Below, one piece after another: positions 25,150 through 38,945 of a DNA stretch of 64,000 bases. This DNA comes from Callorhinchus milii (taxonomy: Eukaryota), in contig NW_024704743.1 of assembly GCF_018977255.1 (NCBI RefSeq), positions 22,754,001 through 22,818,000 on the forward strand. The letters are read 5' to 3'. Each line of letters opens with the position of its first letter. Within the stretch, counting starts at the first letter, position 1. Below the pieces are notes generated by a model. That model did not search any database. It was not told the origin of the DNA and saw only the letters and a program-made list of their open reading frames with translations. The position numbers and the translations under genes are program-made.

Positions 25150-25770
25150 ACATAACAGCAACAACAAAAAGTTACATTTGTATAGCACCTTTCATATCAG
25201 GAAGACATCCCGAGGTGCTGGACAGTCATGGATTTGGACTTGAACAGGGTTGGCATCAGGATGGGTGGGGACAGGGAGGATAGAGATTGGGGGTAACAGA
25301 AGGCGCAGTCGAAAATGAGTGTTTTGAGACGTGCCTTGAAGGAGTTCCAAAGGGTGAGGCAGAGAGGGTGAAGGTCTGACTACTGATGGTGGGGAAGGCT
25401 GGGCCAGTTGGGAGGTGGACCAGACCGGAGCCTGCTGAGCGGAAGGAACGGACAATACGGCATTAACAGGTCACAGAGGAGGCCATGGAAGACTTTCAAG
25501 CTAAGTGGAGCCTGGGGAGGAAGGGAGTGATAAGGTCATGGAGCTTGGTGCGGGAGAAGACATGAGCTGCAAAGTTATGAATGATCTGCAGCTTGTGGAG
25601 GGAAGAGCTGGGAAGGCTAACAATTAGGAAATTGCCGTAGTTGAGCCTAGATGTAACAAATGCATGCATGAGGGTTTCGACGGGCTGAAGGAAGAGGCAA
25701 TGGTGGAGCCAGGCGATGTTGCGGAGGTGGGGGGGGAAGGAAAAGTGGGTCATGGCTGATTGTGGCATAG
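25150..25770 (-). mobile_element. L2 fragment
   Basis: HLRNIAWLHH...HAFVTSRLNYGNFL...LQIIHNFAA. Confidence 0.9.
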
Positions 25771-26510
25771 ATGGACATGTAGTTTGGGCAGAAAAATGAC
25801 AAATGAAATTTAATGCAGTAAAGTGTGAGATTATTCATTTTGGAAGGAAGAATAAGGAGAGCTGGAATATGCTACATGATAAAATTTGAAGGTCGGAGAA
25901 TATAAAGTCTAAGGTGTGACAGTTAAAGTGTATAAATTGCTGGTTAAATCTCAGTTAGTTGATTGTGTCCAGTTTCAGTTACCCTGCCTCAGTAAGATGT
26001 CAGGGCCGTGAAGAGGATACAGAAGATATTACTAGGATCAGGGGTGCGTAGTTTAATCTATCAGCAGAGACTAGAAAAAACAGGTCTATCTTCATTAGAA
26101 CATAGAAGGTTGAGAGGTCTTTAAGATTGAGAGGGGCTTTGACAGAATAGATAGAGGAAAATTCTTCCATTGGTCAGTGAGTGACGAGAGAGCATCAATT
26201 TAAGATTGTTAAAGAGGGAGCAAATAGAGAGATTAGGAGTTTTTTTTCTTACCCAGAGAGGTGTTAGAATGTGGAATTCTCTGCCAGGTGGTCAAGGCAG
26301 GAATCATATTAGCTTTCAAGATGGAGCTAGGTAGATACCTAAACAGGAGTAATTTACAGGGGTACAGTGCTGTGAAACCTATAAAGCGTAAAGACCGCTG
26401 AATAAATGTAAATTGCTGTGGAAACGGTAGATAAATCCAATTGACCATATTGTTCTTTTCAAAGAGTCAGAACAGACAAAATGGGTCAAATGGCCTCCAA
26501 CTGTGTTTGA
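25765..26510 (+). mobile_element. CR1 ORF2/3' fragment
   Basis: atgaaatttaatgcagtaaagtgtgag (MKFNAVKC), cagagaggtgttagaatgtggaattctctgcc. Confidence 0.85.
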
Positions 26511-29500
26511 CATTTCTAAGACTACATATTATATAAAACACGTTTTCTCTGTGACTTCTTAATGTAAATGATTTTGGTGTAAGTTTCCCTCCTTCTCCTT
26601 GCCTGTCATTCATGATATTCCCATTGGCATTGTTGTTCCCATATTCACACAAGGTCGCTTTATCCCATGATCTCAGTGGAAAAGTACTCAGCAGGGTGTG
26701 GCAGGCAGGTCACAGCTTGTGTTGTTCAGTGCATTCTCAAGATGAGCAATGCATTGCACAGGTAGCACAGGATTGGTTTGGAAGCTGTGGAAGCGCATTT
26801 ATTGGCATGACTTTCGTTCCTATTGAAAACAATTAAAACAAGGCCCCTTGAGATATCATGTAGCCAAGCCAAAGTGAGTCAGAAAGCATTCCACATAGTC
26901 TGGGTGCAACAAAGGAATATATTGTTTGATAACAAGATGCTGCTAACTTTCCTATTTCTTTTCTCGCAGGAGTTTAATCCCTGGACGCTGCTGAAATCTT
27001 TTATCCTCTGTCTAAAACATTGAGGGTTGCCCGTCTAAGTCCGCTATGATAGAGATAGACTGAGGACTGAGATAGAATCTAAAATAACTTTGTTGCTGTG
27101 CTGTATGTGCCAGAAGTCCTTCAGGACTTTAAAGTTAACAAGTATATCAACGTCAATTAATGTTGAACTAGGCTGTGTCCCAAAGACGACAAAACCAATG
27201 TGCATATTACAGTAACTCTGAAGCCAGTCACCGTACGATACTCTCAGTACCACATCCTGTGATTAAAGCTTTGTTTAATATGCCTGAACTGCATGACTGG
27301 AACATGTAAACAGAATGTTGTTTAAGGCTGATTTTTACTCTTACTAAATTTACTTCTCAGATCTGTTGGGTGACTTTATGCCATTTACTAATGCAATAAT
27401 GATTTGGGGGCCAACAAAAATAATTACAGTTAAAAATGCTGTTTCTTTCAAACTCGCATTAATCAGGGTTATGAAGCCCTCCCTAATCCCACCTCTCCAC
27501 AGCATGGGATGTGTGATCAGTCTGGGAGATAAAGCCTTAAACATTTCTTTTTGTGGGATCTGTAATAACTGACTGCCGCAGTGACGTAGGCAATACGACA
27601 TAGCAGCCACATGAACGCAATCTTGTTTCAATTTCAGTGTTTGCATTCAGAGAGAATTGAAAACAAGATGATAAAAACTGTGTGGCATCTGTTTCCACTG
27701 ACAGGCTGCCTACTCACGACAAACATAACAAGCTATGAACGATTCAGAGAATATTTATGACTTCATTAAAAAAGGAAATTGCCCACCACAGGCTTGAAAT
27801 TCCACCTAATCTTAGCTGTAGAACAATTTTTATCTTCAAATTTAAGATTGTGGTAAATTCTTGCACCCAACAACAACAGTTTGCACTTATGTAGCACTTT
27901 TCTTTGCATGGGATAAAGTTCTGTGGTGTTTTAGAGGGATGGTCTGCAAAACAGGGGAAGGTGGGAGGAAGGAGTATAAGAGGGAGGTCACTGAAGGTAC
28001 AGGCAATAAGGAGGGTTTTTAGAGGATTTGGAAACAGGGAGGGAAAGAGCGTGATGGAGCGATTTTGGGACAGAGTTCCAACACTTGGGCGGCTGAGTAG
28101 CAGAAATCCGAGCCATCAATTGTAGATGTTTTCCTGCGATTCCTTATATGAAGGGATTTTGATTCATCTTTTCACCTTTCTATTGGGGTAGGGTAGAAGA
28201 AAGGTAGAAAAGGAGTCCAAATGCCTTCAGGAAAGAGGAGAAGAAGGAAACTGGAGTAGAGAAGTTGGCAAAGGTAAAAAGGAACAGTGCAAATTTATAT
28301 TAAAAACTACACTGGTAGGTTTGATAGAATTACAGCAACTGGAAAACTGCTTTAACCTCACATGACAACCATGACTGTATTGACAGCCAGCGTGCACCGT
28401 TTCCAAGTGTAAAACATGCTTGTACTAATCTTTCTCGGAAACATCCACTTAACTGCAGAACAATTATCAAAATAAACCAAAACAGGAAAGGAAGTGAAAT
28501 ACCACGTGTGGGCGCCTGATGCGTGCAAGGCCTGCTGTTACTGAGCTTAAACCAAAAACACCCTTCAAAACTGAAAGTGGGAAATCACTGTAAGGGCATA
28601 AATCAACAGAACGGACAGTGGATTGAAGATCAACAAAAGCTGCAATACTGTAGTTTTAGCAGCAAGAATTTGAGTTCTCATCAGATTAAAATATATTCTC
28701 CTGGAGGCAGACTTACTCCGTACATTACATTTGAGTCAACGTAGTGCATCAGATGTATCTCAATGACATTGTTGCTCACTTCTTCCCCCTCCCCCCACCC
28801 CACCCCGATGATGTTTAAGCAAAATTTCCACATGTAGGCGTCACACATATGTGGAACTCTCCGTCTGGTTTGAATACTCTTAAGCATGGTGATGGGTTTC
28901 CATCAGACCTGAAAATAAACCAACCCGATGCTGTGATGCTGTTCTAATTGGTGGTTCCAATGAAGCCAGACTGGCAGCATCAGGCTTACGCCATGTGGAT
29001 CACATCCTCGACTACCATTTCGGAGGATTTTTTAGTAAAGTTAACACTCAAGAAGGCTGCAGCCGCCTAATCGTGATTCATGAGCCAAGTGTCCAGTCCC
29101 GCAAGACTAGATTCACATACGTCCTCAGGGATCCACGACATGCACAGATGGGTCCCTTCAAGGCGCTAAATATTGAATGCACCTCTCACACATTTACATT
29201 ATATTTACCTACAAAATATACAGTCACTACACTTGGTGTACCCTTAGAATAGCTGCTTGACCCTTTTTCTTATCCACAGAGAGGAAAATGTTAGTGGATA
29301 AGTTACCCTGAGCCCAAAATGCACAAATCCTGTGTAATGGCCTATCTTTCCCCTGTGCACAATGTGGGTGCGTTCCTGCCCCACCCAACGAGCAGCACAA
29401 ACCAACACTTTTCCAGGTGACATTTTTGCCGACAGGTTGAAACATCGCATTGCTAACTTTCTGCAGGCTGGTAACCATAGAAATATTTTCCACATTACTC

Positions 29501-29980
29501 CAGTTGCTATGTTCTCACAGCTCAGTGACTGACATCACCTGGTGAGCTGCAACAGTTTTCTTTGCACTTTAGGTTTTGCAGTAATTTATTTTTATGTCTT
29601 TGTAATAGGAGCTACTGAAACATTGCAGTCCCATTATTACTACAATATTAACCTTAACCTCTGAAATAAAAAAATACAGTTTAAAATAATATCTCACTTT
29701 TTTCAACTATGCTTGTATTGTTTATTTAAACATTCTTTTATTTCGTCTTCTCTGTTATACAACACAATTTACATTTATGTTGTGTGTCTTATGTTGGGAG
29801 AATGTCTCAAAGCTGACTGGGAGACCCAGCTCGGGGGAGGCAGAGTGCAGGGGGAGGAGAGGGGAAGAGCTGTAGAGGCTGTTATCCCTCTATCCTCGTA
29901 TTTTACTAAGTCACTTTCTTTTTATAATATTTGTAACTTTTAACACCTTTCGACTCCTACCATCTTGGCCTTAACATCTC

Positions 29981-31520
29981 GTGGAGTCCAGTAGTGTAGT
30001 GGTTAGAGCACTCACAAGCAAGTAGGAGGACCTGGGTTCGATTCCTGGGCAGGGTGAAACCTTAGGCAAGTTTCCTTACTCCACACGCCTGTTTACATAG
30101 CAGTAAATAGTAAATGGGAACTCGGTTGCTGGTCATTTGGTTGTGGGATTGCTCTCCGGAGGTAATAAATCCTCTCCCCCCAAAAAGTAAATAAAAATAA
30201 TAATTTGGTCACTCAATCCATGATTGTGGTACACTGCTGTGTGCAATTGGCTGCTGCGTTTTGCCCACAAAATATACAGTCAACAACAACAAAATTATAT
30301 TTGTATAGCGTCTTTCACATCAGGAGGACATCCTAAATATTTTGGACCCGAGCTGGGGGTCGGGATTGGGGATGGTGGAGGGCAGGGTGGGATGTACGGT
30401 GATCAAAAGCATGGTCGAAGAGCAGGGTCTTGAGATGAGTTTTGAAGAAGGCAAGGGAGGGGGTGAGGCAGGGGGATTGCGGGATGGAGTGTCAGAGCGT
30501 GGGGGCAGAATGGCAGAAGGCCTGACTGCCGATGGTGGGGCGGGCCAGGTAGGGGGAAATGGAGCAGGCTGGAGACCGCTGAGCGGAGAGAGCGGGCAGC
30601 ATGGTAGGGGGTTAGGAGATCGCAGAGGTAGGGGGGGAGAAAGACCATGGAGAGCTTTGAAGGTGAGGACCAGGATCTTGAATTGTATCCTCTGTGTGAT
30701 GGGAAGCAGGTGGAGTTGGGTGAGGATGGGGGTGATAGGGTCATGGAGCCTGATGTGGGAGAGGACACGTGCTGCAGAGTTCTGGATGATCTGCAGCCTA
30801 TGGAGGGAGGAGTTGGGGAGGCGACAAGCAAGGAGTTTACATAGTCAGGCCTCGATGTTATGAATGTGTGTATGAGGGTTTCAGTGGCCTGAGTGTGAGA
30901 CAATAGTGGAGCCATGCGATGTTGCGTAGGTAGAGGTCAACATGCAAATCATGGCACGGATGTGGGGTAGAAAGGATAGTTGAGGGTTAAACAAGATGCC
31001 AAGCTTCCAGACAGGCTTAATAAGGTGGAGTGTGCAACCATGGATGGTGATGCTGTCAGCGCCTGAGGTGAGGAGGCGTTGACGGGAGACAATCAGGAGG
31101 GCCTCAATCTTGTTGACATCCAACTGAAGAAAGTTAGCTCTCATCCAGGACTTGATGTCTGACAGACATTCAGTCAGGACAGCAGTGGTCCTGGAGTCAA
31201 AGGTGGAGGCAGAGAGGTACAGTTGGGTGTCATTCACATACATGTAGAAGTTGACTCCATATCTGTAGATGATGTCACCAAGAGAGAGCATATAGATATT
31301 GAAGAGGAGGGGACCAAGGATAGAGCCCTGAGGAACGCCACATGAGATGGTGCGGGGGTTAGAGGAGTGAGAGGTATGATTTGAACCATTCAAGGACAGG
31401 GCTGTGAAGGTTGAGGTGAGAGGAGACTTTACAGTATATTCTGTGAAGTGCTTTGAGGTATCTCAACGACGTGATAAGGTACTATATCAAATGCAAGGAT
31501 GATGATGATTATTATTATTA
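29981..31520 (+). mobile_element. tRNA-derived SINE (family A, long form) split into 29981-30282 and 31426-31520 by an L2 insertion
   Basis: SINE stops at atatacagtcaa and resumes at actttacagtatattc. Confidence 0.9.
30280..31425 (-). mobile_element. L2 LINE with degenerate reverse-transcriptase segment
   Basis: GVPQGSILGPLLFNIYM; YVNDTQLY (YADD decayed); DIKSWMRANFLQL; frameshifted downstream. Confidence 0.95.
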
Positions 31521-31809
31521 TCGTCTTTGGAAGATGCAAGGATTTCACATTAAAACAGATCTTTATTATTTGCAGAGAAGCAATTTTTCAGGCCAACTGA
31601 GCAGTCAAAGAGGAGCTGAAAATTGAAAGATTGACAGGATTTTACAGGAGTAAGCGGACTAATCACAATGTGTTCGTCCTGTCCAGTCCTGCTGTTCCTG
31701 TCCCATCCTAGTCCCTCTAGGCCAGGAAGGGGAGGTCTGAAACATATACATTCTTTGTCTGGCCCCATAATCACCAATCCTGGGAAAGTGAGCTTTAACA
31801 ATTGAGAAA

Positions 31810-32050
31810 AGGAGCAAGCACAGGGAATGGAGTTTCTCCTGGTGTCCTGGCCACCAATCCCCAAGATAAATTTGGTCATTCACTTCATGGTTGTTTGTGG
31901 GGATGTTGCTTTGTGTAAATCGGCCAACCCGTTTGTCTACAGAATACACATATTGCCTACAATTCACGATAAAATCCTTTGAAGCATTTTGAGACATCTC
32001 AATGGTGTTGCAAGAACCAAATGCAAGAATTAATATTTATTATTATTATA
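31810..32050 (+). mobile_element. DeuSINE-like 3' half
   Basis: ggagtttctcctggtgtcctggcca, then the shared tail. Confidence 0.75.
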
Positions 32051-32877
32051 AACAAGCTTCTCAAAGCTTCTACATGAAAGGAAAAGTTTTGCCCTTTGAT
32101 GTGTAATTTACCTCTTTGTTGAAAATTCCCCGCTGTCAGTATCTAAAGACTGACAGAACAATGTTGTCACAATGGTTGAGCCACAAGAACAACAACGACA
32201 ACTTGTAGTTGTTGTTGTTGAGCTCATGGATCGCAGCTTTGCAGCAACGGTCACAATTAACAAATTAACAAACATACGGAGTGAACCCAGTGTCCTTCTC
32301 ATCGGCTGTCCTGTGCAAGTCTGGCACATTTTAAATTGTAAAACCCAAAATGGGCATTCTCTTCCCGGAGGGGTGTTTCCTGCTTACCTAATTACAGAAA
32401 GCATTAGGCGCAGGTCAGCAAGAGCCAAGCCTTGGGAACCCCAGTGTCTAACCATCACATTGTTGAGACGTCTCAAAGCACTTCACAGAATATACTGTAA
32501 AGTCTCCTCTCACCTCAATCTTCACGGCCCTTTCATTGAATGGTTCAGATTGTACCTCTCACACCGCCTCCACTTCATCTCCACAAACAGCTTGCAGGGA
32601 CTTGAGTAAAAAGAGTCCCTGCCACCAGTGACTGGTCTGCTCTTCCAAGACCTGCCGATGAGCCAGGCTGGCTGTGCTGTCATCAGCAGTGCCCTGGAGT
32701 TTGAATGCACGTTCACGAACTCGGACTCCAGCTAATGCTTCACAGCTTCACTGTTGCCTCAAGTCTCAGAGTTTCCTCATCAGCGATCTGATGGACATTG
32801 CCTTCAGCATGGTGGGAGGACTTTTACAAGACAGCTTGTGACGCGCCAACCACCTTGATATTCATGGCCTATAAGTG

Positions 32878-32964
32878 CCACAAAAATACACAGTCAATCC
32901 ACTTTACTGTGAAGCACTTTGAGATGTCTCAATGACGTGATAAGGCACTATATCAAATGCAAGG

Positions 32965-32993
<29 letters not shown>
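32878..32993 (+). mobile_element. SINE 3' fragment
   Basis: Tail with long (att)n. Confidence 0.85.
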
Positions 32994-32995
<2 letters not shown>

Positions 32996-33704
32996 TAAGG
33001 CTGAAAATTATTGTGAGAGGAAGAGCTCAGTAATAAATCAAGAGATGAAGACCTGCAATGTTAGCCCAGAACACTGGTTGCCAAGGTCGCATTTTGATTA
33101 ATGAGTTTTGCGTGTCATTTACTGTCAGGAAATCAAAGGAGCCAACATGGTCTTTGCCTTTATCGCACAAACCCGAGGTGGTTGAGTCAGCTGTGTCAGC
33201 AATTTGATGACAGACTTCTTTTAAGTCTTGCTGACAGTGAGGTGTAAAAGTTCAACTTTTTCCATACTCACCGAAGAGTTTAAATTACTTTTGGGAAGAC
33301 ATAAATAAAACATGTTTCTTTCCTTCCATGGAATGCAGTTGTTTGTCCATTGGGAATCCATTAGGATTTTAAAGTGGCATGGCAATCCTTCTCACAGTGT
33401 ATGCAAAACTGCAAAAATTTCAAAGCTGCACCTTTAAAGAGGTTGTGGATCGACACAGGCAACGCTCCAGAGTGCAGCAAAAAAGATGAAACAATAAGCA
33501 CTGAATACAAATAATTTTAACCTAATGGTGAACTCAATGGTTGTGACTTTGATATCTTTCATAAATCAATTCTGGTTTCTCTTGGATATTTGTATTTGAT
33601 TCATAGTACATTGTTCCCTCTCATCAACGTGAAAGATGTTGACTTTGGTGACCACATGCCTTCTCCTACTTTTGCACCAAATGTCAGCACCGAGGCCAGG
33701 TTTA

Positions 33705-33840
33705 ATAATAATAATGATAGTAATGATAATATTAAATAGTAATCCTTGCATTTGATATAACGCCTTATCACGTAATTGTGACATCTCAAAGCACTTCACA
33801 GGATTTACTGTGAAGTGGATTGACTGTGTATTTTGTGGGA
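33705..33840 (-). mobile_element. SINE 3' fragment
   Basis: aatccttgcatttgatata...gactgtgtattttgtggg. Confidence 0.85.
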
Positions 33841-34239
33841 GAAAGGATTAGCACGACTTATGCTGAACAAAGCCGAGGAGAAATGGTTTACAGACAATAA
33901 GCTGGGGAAAGGAAGCTATTTCTTTGCAGTTCCTGGCACTGAAATGTCTGAAAAACAAATTGACTTTGTTACTGCAGGCCCCTCACATTCTCTCCCCCAG
34001 AATTGCCTTTGGAATGGACTTTGGAAACGTTTTGGAGGGTGGGGGGTGGTAATTGCTTTCTGGTGATAAATGGTCTAAATTTTATTTAATTTGTGATATT
34101 CCCCTTTGTTCGTCTCTCTCTGTTTACGCCGCTTTAACTTTCTCTCTGACTTTCTCTTCATTGTTTTTGTCTCCTTCTCTCACTCTCTATCATTGTTTCC
34201 CTCGCTCTCATTGTCTCTCTTTCTGTCTATCATAAACAG

Positions 34240-35380
34240 GTGTCAGTCTGAATCAGTTGGTAGCACTTTCACCTCTGAGTCAGAGGTAATGGTTTCAAGT
34301 CCCATGTTAGGACTTTGAACTCACTTACTATACAATACAAAAATGCAATACAAAATTAATACAATACATGGCACTGAACAGTCGGGGATTAGGACCCGAG
34401 GATGGGGGGGTTGCGGGGGGTGCAATTCAGGGATGGCGGAAGGCGGGGATGGTGGGGGTAGGAGGGTGGCCGAAGGCACAGTCAAAGGGGAGGGTCTTGA
34501 AACATGCCTTGAAGGAGGGAAGGCAAGAGAGGGAGCAAGGTGAAGGGATTGCGGGATGAAGTTCCAGAGTTCCAGTTCCAGAGGGTGGGCCCAGAGACTG
34601 AAGGCCTGACTGCTGATGGTGGGGTGGGCCAGGTAGGGGGAAATGGAGCAGGCTGGAGACCGCTGAGCGGAGGGAGCGGACAGATTGGTAGGGGGTTAGC
34701 AGGACGGCGAGGCAGGAGGGGGAAAGGCCATGGAGGGCTAGAGAGAGAGAGAAAAAGGCCTATACTCTGATACAGGCTGACGCTCTGATACATTGCTAGG
34801 TGAGTATTGTATTGTTGGAGATGCTCTCTTTCGGATGAGACATTAAACTGAATTGTCTTCTGCCTGATCATGTGGGCATTAAAGATCTTGTGGCACTATT
34901 AAAAAAGAGAAGGGAGTTTCTCACTGGCGAACAATCCCTCAAATAAAGGTGGTCATTCACTTCATAATTGTTAGCAGGACGGAGAGGTAGGAGGGGGAAA
35001 GGTCATGGAGGGCTAGAGAGAGAGAGAAATAAAGGGCCTATAGGCTGACACTCTGGTACAGTGCTAAGTGAGTATTGTGTGAGCCTCAAAGCCTTCCTCT
35101 TCGACCATGCCATTGGTCACCCCCTTCAACCTCCCCTCCCCTCTCCCTCCTTGACCCCAGCTCGGGTCTGAAATGCTGTACGCTGTCCAGCGCCTTGGGA
35201 CGTACCCACTACTTGAAAGGTGCTATACAAATGTAATCTTGTTGTTGTTGTTGCTGTTTGTGGCTGCTCTGTTTCCTACAAAATGCACAGTGACTATGCT
35301 TTACAGTAAACCCCTGTGAAGCATTTTGAGATATGCTTTGGATGCGTTATATCAAAATCTAAATACAGTAAACCCATGGG
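34240..35380. mobile_element. Nested cluster: DeuSINE-like element (+) interrupted by L2 pieces (minus 34350-34740; plus 35075-35255)
   Basis: Family B head at 34245-34318, central domain 34775-34970, tail after 35255; intervening L2 3' sequence. Confidence 0.75.
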
Positions 35381-35394
35381 ACAGGGAATCATCA

Positions 35395-35768
35395 CACCCA
35401 GCTCCTGTTAACCCTGCAAGCCAAAACTAATGGGTAGGGTGGCCCTAGCTGGACAAGCAGTAGGAAAGCTTGCCAATGTGCGGTTTCAGCTGGTTAGACT
35501 CCAGCAGTACCCCCAACACACACTCTGGGGTCCCCAAGCCTTGGCTCTTGTCAACCTGCGCCGAATACTTTCCAGAGTTCAAGGGAGAGAGTGTGTATTC
35601 CATTCCATCAATCTATCTCTGGGATTTCCATGTGTAAGTGGGATGCATGGAATTCTCAGCTTGGTTTGGATACTCTTAACAACAACAACAATAACAACAA
35701 GATTACATTTGTTAAGCACGGCGGTGGGCTTCTGCCTGTGTCAGTCACTTGGCTGACCAAAAAAAAAA
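35395..35768 (+). repeat. Unclassified poly(A)-tailed interspersed repeat (family D)
   Basis: gctggacaagcag.aggaaagcttgcca...gctggttagactccagcagtacccc...ggctgaccAAAAAAA shared with 54102-54403. Confidence 0.8.
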
Positions 35769-36189
35769 TGTCCTTGCTGTAATGTTTTGCCGTTAAAAAA
35801 ATCAACCCGACCACTGACCAGATAACTTTACAGCAGCTACATTTGTATAATATAACAGAAAATTGACCTCTCTGTGTGCCGAAATGGCATCCAGCATATT
35901 GTATCTGACTGATCTGAAGTGTGGCATGGAACCTGCACTCTGCTGAGTACTGGCTTGTTTTACTCATGTCTCAATAAAACTGCTTTTGTTTTTATCTAAT
36001 TGCATCCAGCTCTCTATTCAAGCGTGGAAACAAGGAGCGTGCCAAAGCCTGTCCCAGACAAGAGACTCAGAATCTCTGGCTGTTGCTTCTTTTTTTATTA
36101 AAAACAATATTCTTTCCCAAGAATATCAGTTGATGACATTTTACAACATCGCTCAGAGATGATCGGTAGTCTGTCTTTTCATATGTGCC

Positions 36190-36300
36190 TCATATCCATG
36201 TATTATTCTGTATGTAACTCACTCTCGGGTATTTATTATTCTACGTATACCCCATACTCAGATATCCATTATTCTATATGTAACACATACCAAGTATCTT
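36190..36300. repeat. Degenerate ~33-bp minisatellite, about 3 copies
   Basis: attattct.ta.gta recurs at about 36201, 36234 and 36267. Confidence 0.6.
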
Positions 36301-37334
36301 ATGCACTATATATATCTTACACTGATTTAACAAGGTTGATACCCCAGGTAGTTCTTGGGGAGTACTACATTGTTGGTTATGCCATCCGTTGGATGAGACA
36401 TTAAAGCGAGGACTTGTCTGCCTGGCAAACACGTGACAGCAATTACACGTAAAGTGGTTGAGAAATTTAAACGTCATAGAACTTACAGCAAATACCGAGG
36501 AATCCCTGTTATAAAAATGGGATTTGGCTGCAAAAAAAGTAAAGCATTGTGTTAGAACCGGTTTACAAAGAAAAGTGACCGCCGATCCTGGTTGTCAGGT
36601 CTCTGTAACATCACTTCTGGTTTCCGGTGTGAACTTGCCTGACATTTTGTCTGCTTGCACTTTACGTTGAAGTCGCCCTGTACAAGAATTATTAGTATCT
36701 CTTATACATGTATTTGACGTACTTGCGTCTATTATTTTTATGCACCTAACACACACTGGAGCATTTGTGTAGTGGATGTTTTATAGTCCTGCAGGTTCAC
36801 TTTGAATAGCTTTATGTTCAAGATTATAGATGAAACGTAAATCAAGTACGACCTATAACTTGGCAACTTAATTGTGAGCTTTATCAGGTTTTAAGTACCT
36901 GGATGATTAAATCTCTGTGGCAGCTCCTACCCTGTGTTATCTTTCATTTCTCCTACCATCATTCAGCGCACCCTCTGTTTGTCCGGGTGCCGACATAGTC
37001 ATACCCTGATTTGTATCACGGTCAAATCTTCCTCACTCTTATCTCGGCCCTTGTGGCGCCAGCATGTCACTCCATCAGGCAAGGAAGAACCTTTTTTTTA
37101 AGTGTTCTCTTTTATTGAAATCAGATAATAGATTCAATGGCTGTTATCACCTCAAGGAGTTGGTCACAGGCACGCTCAGGCCCTGCCACAGGCGTCTCCC
37201 AATGTTGCTTTCACCTCCAGAGTCCAGTGAGGGAAGGGAGGTCCACACTGTTACTTGGGCTTTGATCTGCCGAAGAAAGCTCGCAGCAAATGACGTTTCA
37301 TGCGCACACAGACATCTTGTCATCTGAGGATGGT

Positions 37335-37697
37335 GATAATAATAATACTTCCATTTGATACAGCGCCTTATTACGTGTTTGAGACGTCTCAAAGCGCTTC
37401 ACAGAATATACTGTAAAGGGAATTGACTGTATATTTTGTGGGCACAATTGCGCACAGCAGTGTCCCACAAATAATCGTGGATTTTTTGGCCAAATTATTA
37501 TTTTTAAAAAAACTTTTTTTGGAAGGGATTATTACACCCAGGAAAGCAATCCGCAAATCGACTAGCACATGTTCCTACATTCTGCTGTCAAACAGTGGGG
37601 TGTGGAGTAAGGAAACTTGCCTAAAGTTTCGCCCTGCCCTGGAATAGAACCCAGGTCCTCTCGCTTGCGAGGCGAGTGCTCTAACCAATATGCTACA
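37335..37697 (-). mobile_element. tRNA-derived SINE (family A, long form)
   Basis: gtgtggagtaaggaaacttgcc...gcgagtgctctaacca. Confidence 0.9.
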
Positions 37698-38789
37698 ATT
37701 GTTTTTGTTATTTATGCCGCTCCAATAACCCTGAACCGAATGCAGAGATCAGGAAATGCACCTGAGATGCACCAGGTTACTTTGCTCTCCCAGTTTTAGC
37801 GATTCTGGCTTGAGAGAATTACAGGAAATATTCCATTGAAGGCTTGAGTACGAGCGAACATGTTGGCTTCTGTGATGATGCCTCTCAGCCTATTACAGTT
37901 CATATTCGCTTAGCAAGACCTTATGCAAAATCCATACAAGTAACTCACACGTGGAAACAAAAGTAATCAGCCCTTTTCCTAATGGGGTTAGGACACTTGA
38001 TGACTGGTATCAGAAACAGGGTTAGACTATTGCTTTTCCCTCAAATGCAAGTCCAACGTATCCAAAAGTGCACCGTTGTGGTGCTGCCTGAGGGAATGTG
38101 TCCAAGCAAAGACATTCCATCTGTCCTGCAGAAGGCTGAGTGGAACTGTGCCAACCCATGCAACCTGTTTACACAAGACCACATTTCAGATAAGGGGGAG
38201 GATTTAATACAGCCCAGTCAACATTTGCAGTCTATCCATCTATTCATGAGTCCACCCACATCTTCCAGCTGACCATTGGCTATTTGTTTGACTAACTCGA
38301 ATGAAAAGCAGCAACCTGAAGGTCAGACAGACAGTTACTGTAAAGTCTGAAGCTATTTCCATTTTAATTTATTCCTGCACTTGAGTAAAACCTCCCATTA
38401 ACAGGTTCTCCATTAATTTGTCGTAATCCATAATAGAATAAATCAAATTTGGAGACAGCGATAGAAAATATGTTACTCCTCCCAATGTGAAAGGTGCTCT
38501 ATAAATGTAATTTAGTGGTTGTTGTAATCAACGACTGAAACAAGTTGCCAGAAAAAGTGACTGAGGCCAGGACATTTGACTCCTTTAAAAAGCAACTTGC
38601 TGCTGTGATGAATAAATGGTAGGGTGGATATTCTGGGGAATCAGATAGGCTGAATGGCCTTCATCATCCAGACCAATCTTATGATCTTGTGAAGTCCATT
38701 TCTACAGTGTTCTTATGTGATTTGGGGGCATCAGCTACTTCATCACTCTCTTCAACTACTTCAACTCTCTCCTGTTGTTTCTGGTTTTA

Positions 38790-38945
38790 ATCATCCTTCC
38801 TTTGCATTTGATACAGCACCTTCTCGTGTCTTTGAGACGTCTCAAAGCACTTCACAGTATATACTGTAAAGTGAATTGACTGTATGTATACTTTGTAGGT
38901 GTAAAGCAGCAGCCATTTCCGCACAGCAGCGTCCCACAAACATTC
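38790..38945 (-). mobile_element. SINE 3' fragment
   Basis: ttgcatttgata...gtcccacaaac. Confidence 0.85.

Noticed and set aside
28806-28915. Box C/D snoRNA-like arrangement with small hairpins
   Set aside because: Box C is imperfect, and no terminal stem or rRNA guide sequence is recognisable
32590-32860. GC-richer, coding-looking stretch
   Set aside because: Stop codons and no splice context; possibly a decayed RTE-type LINE piece, but I cannot support a call
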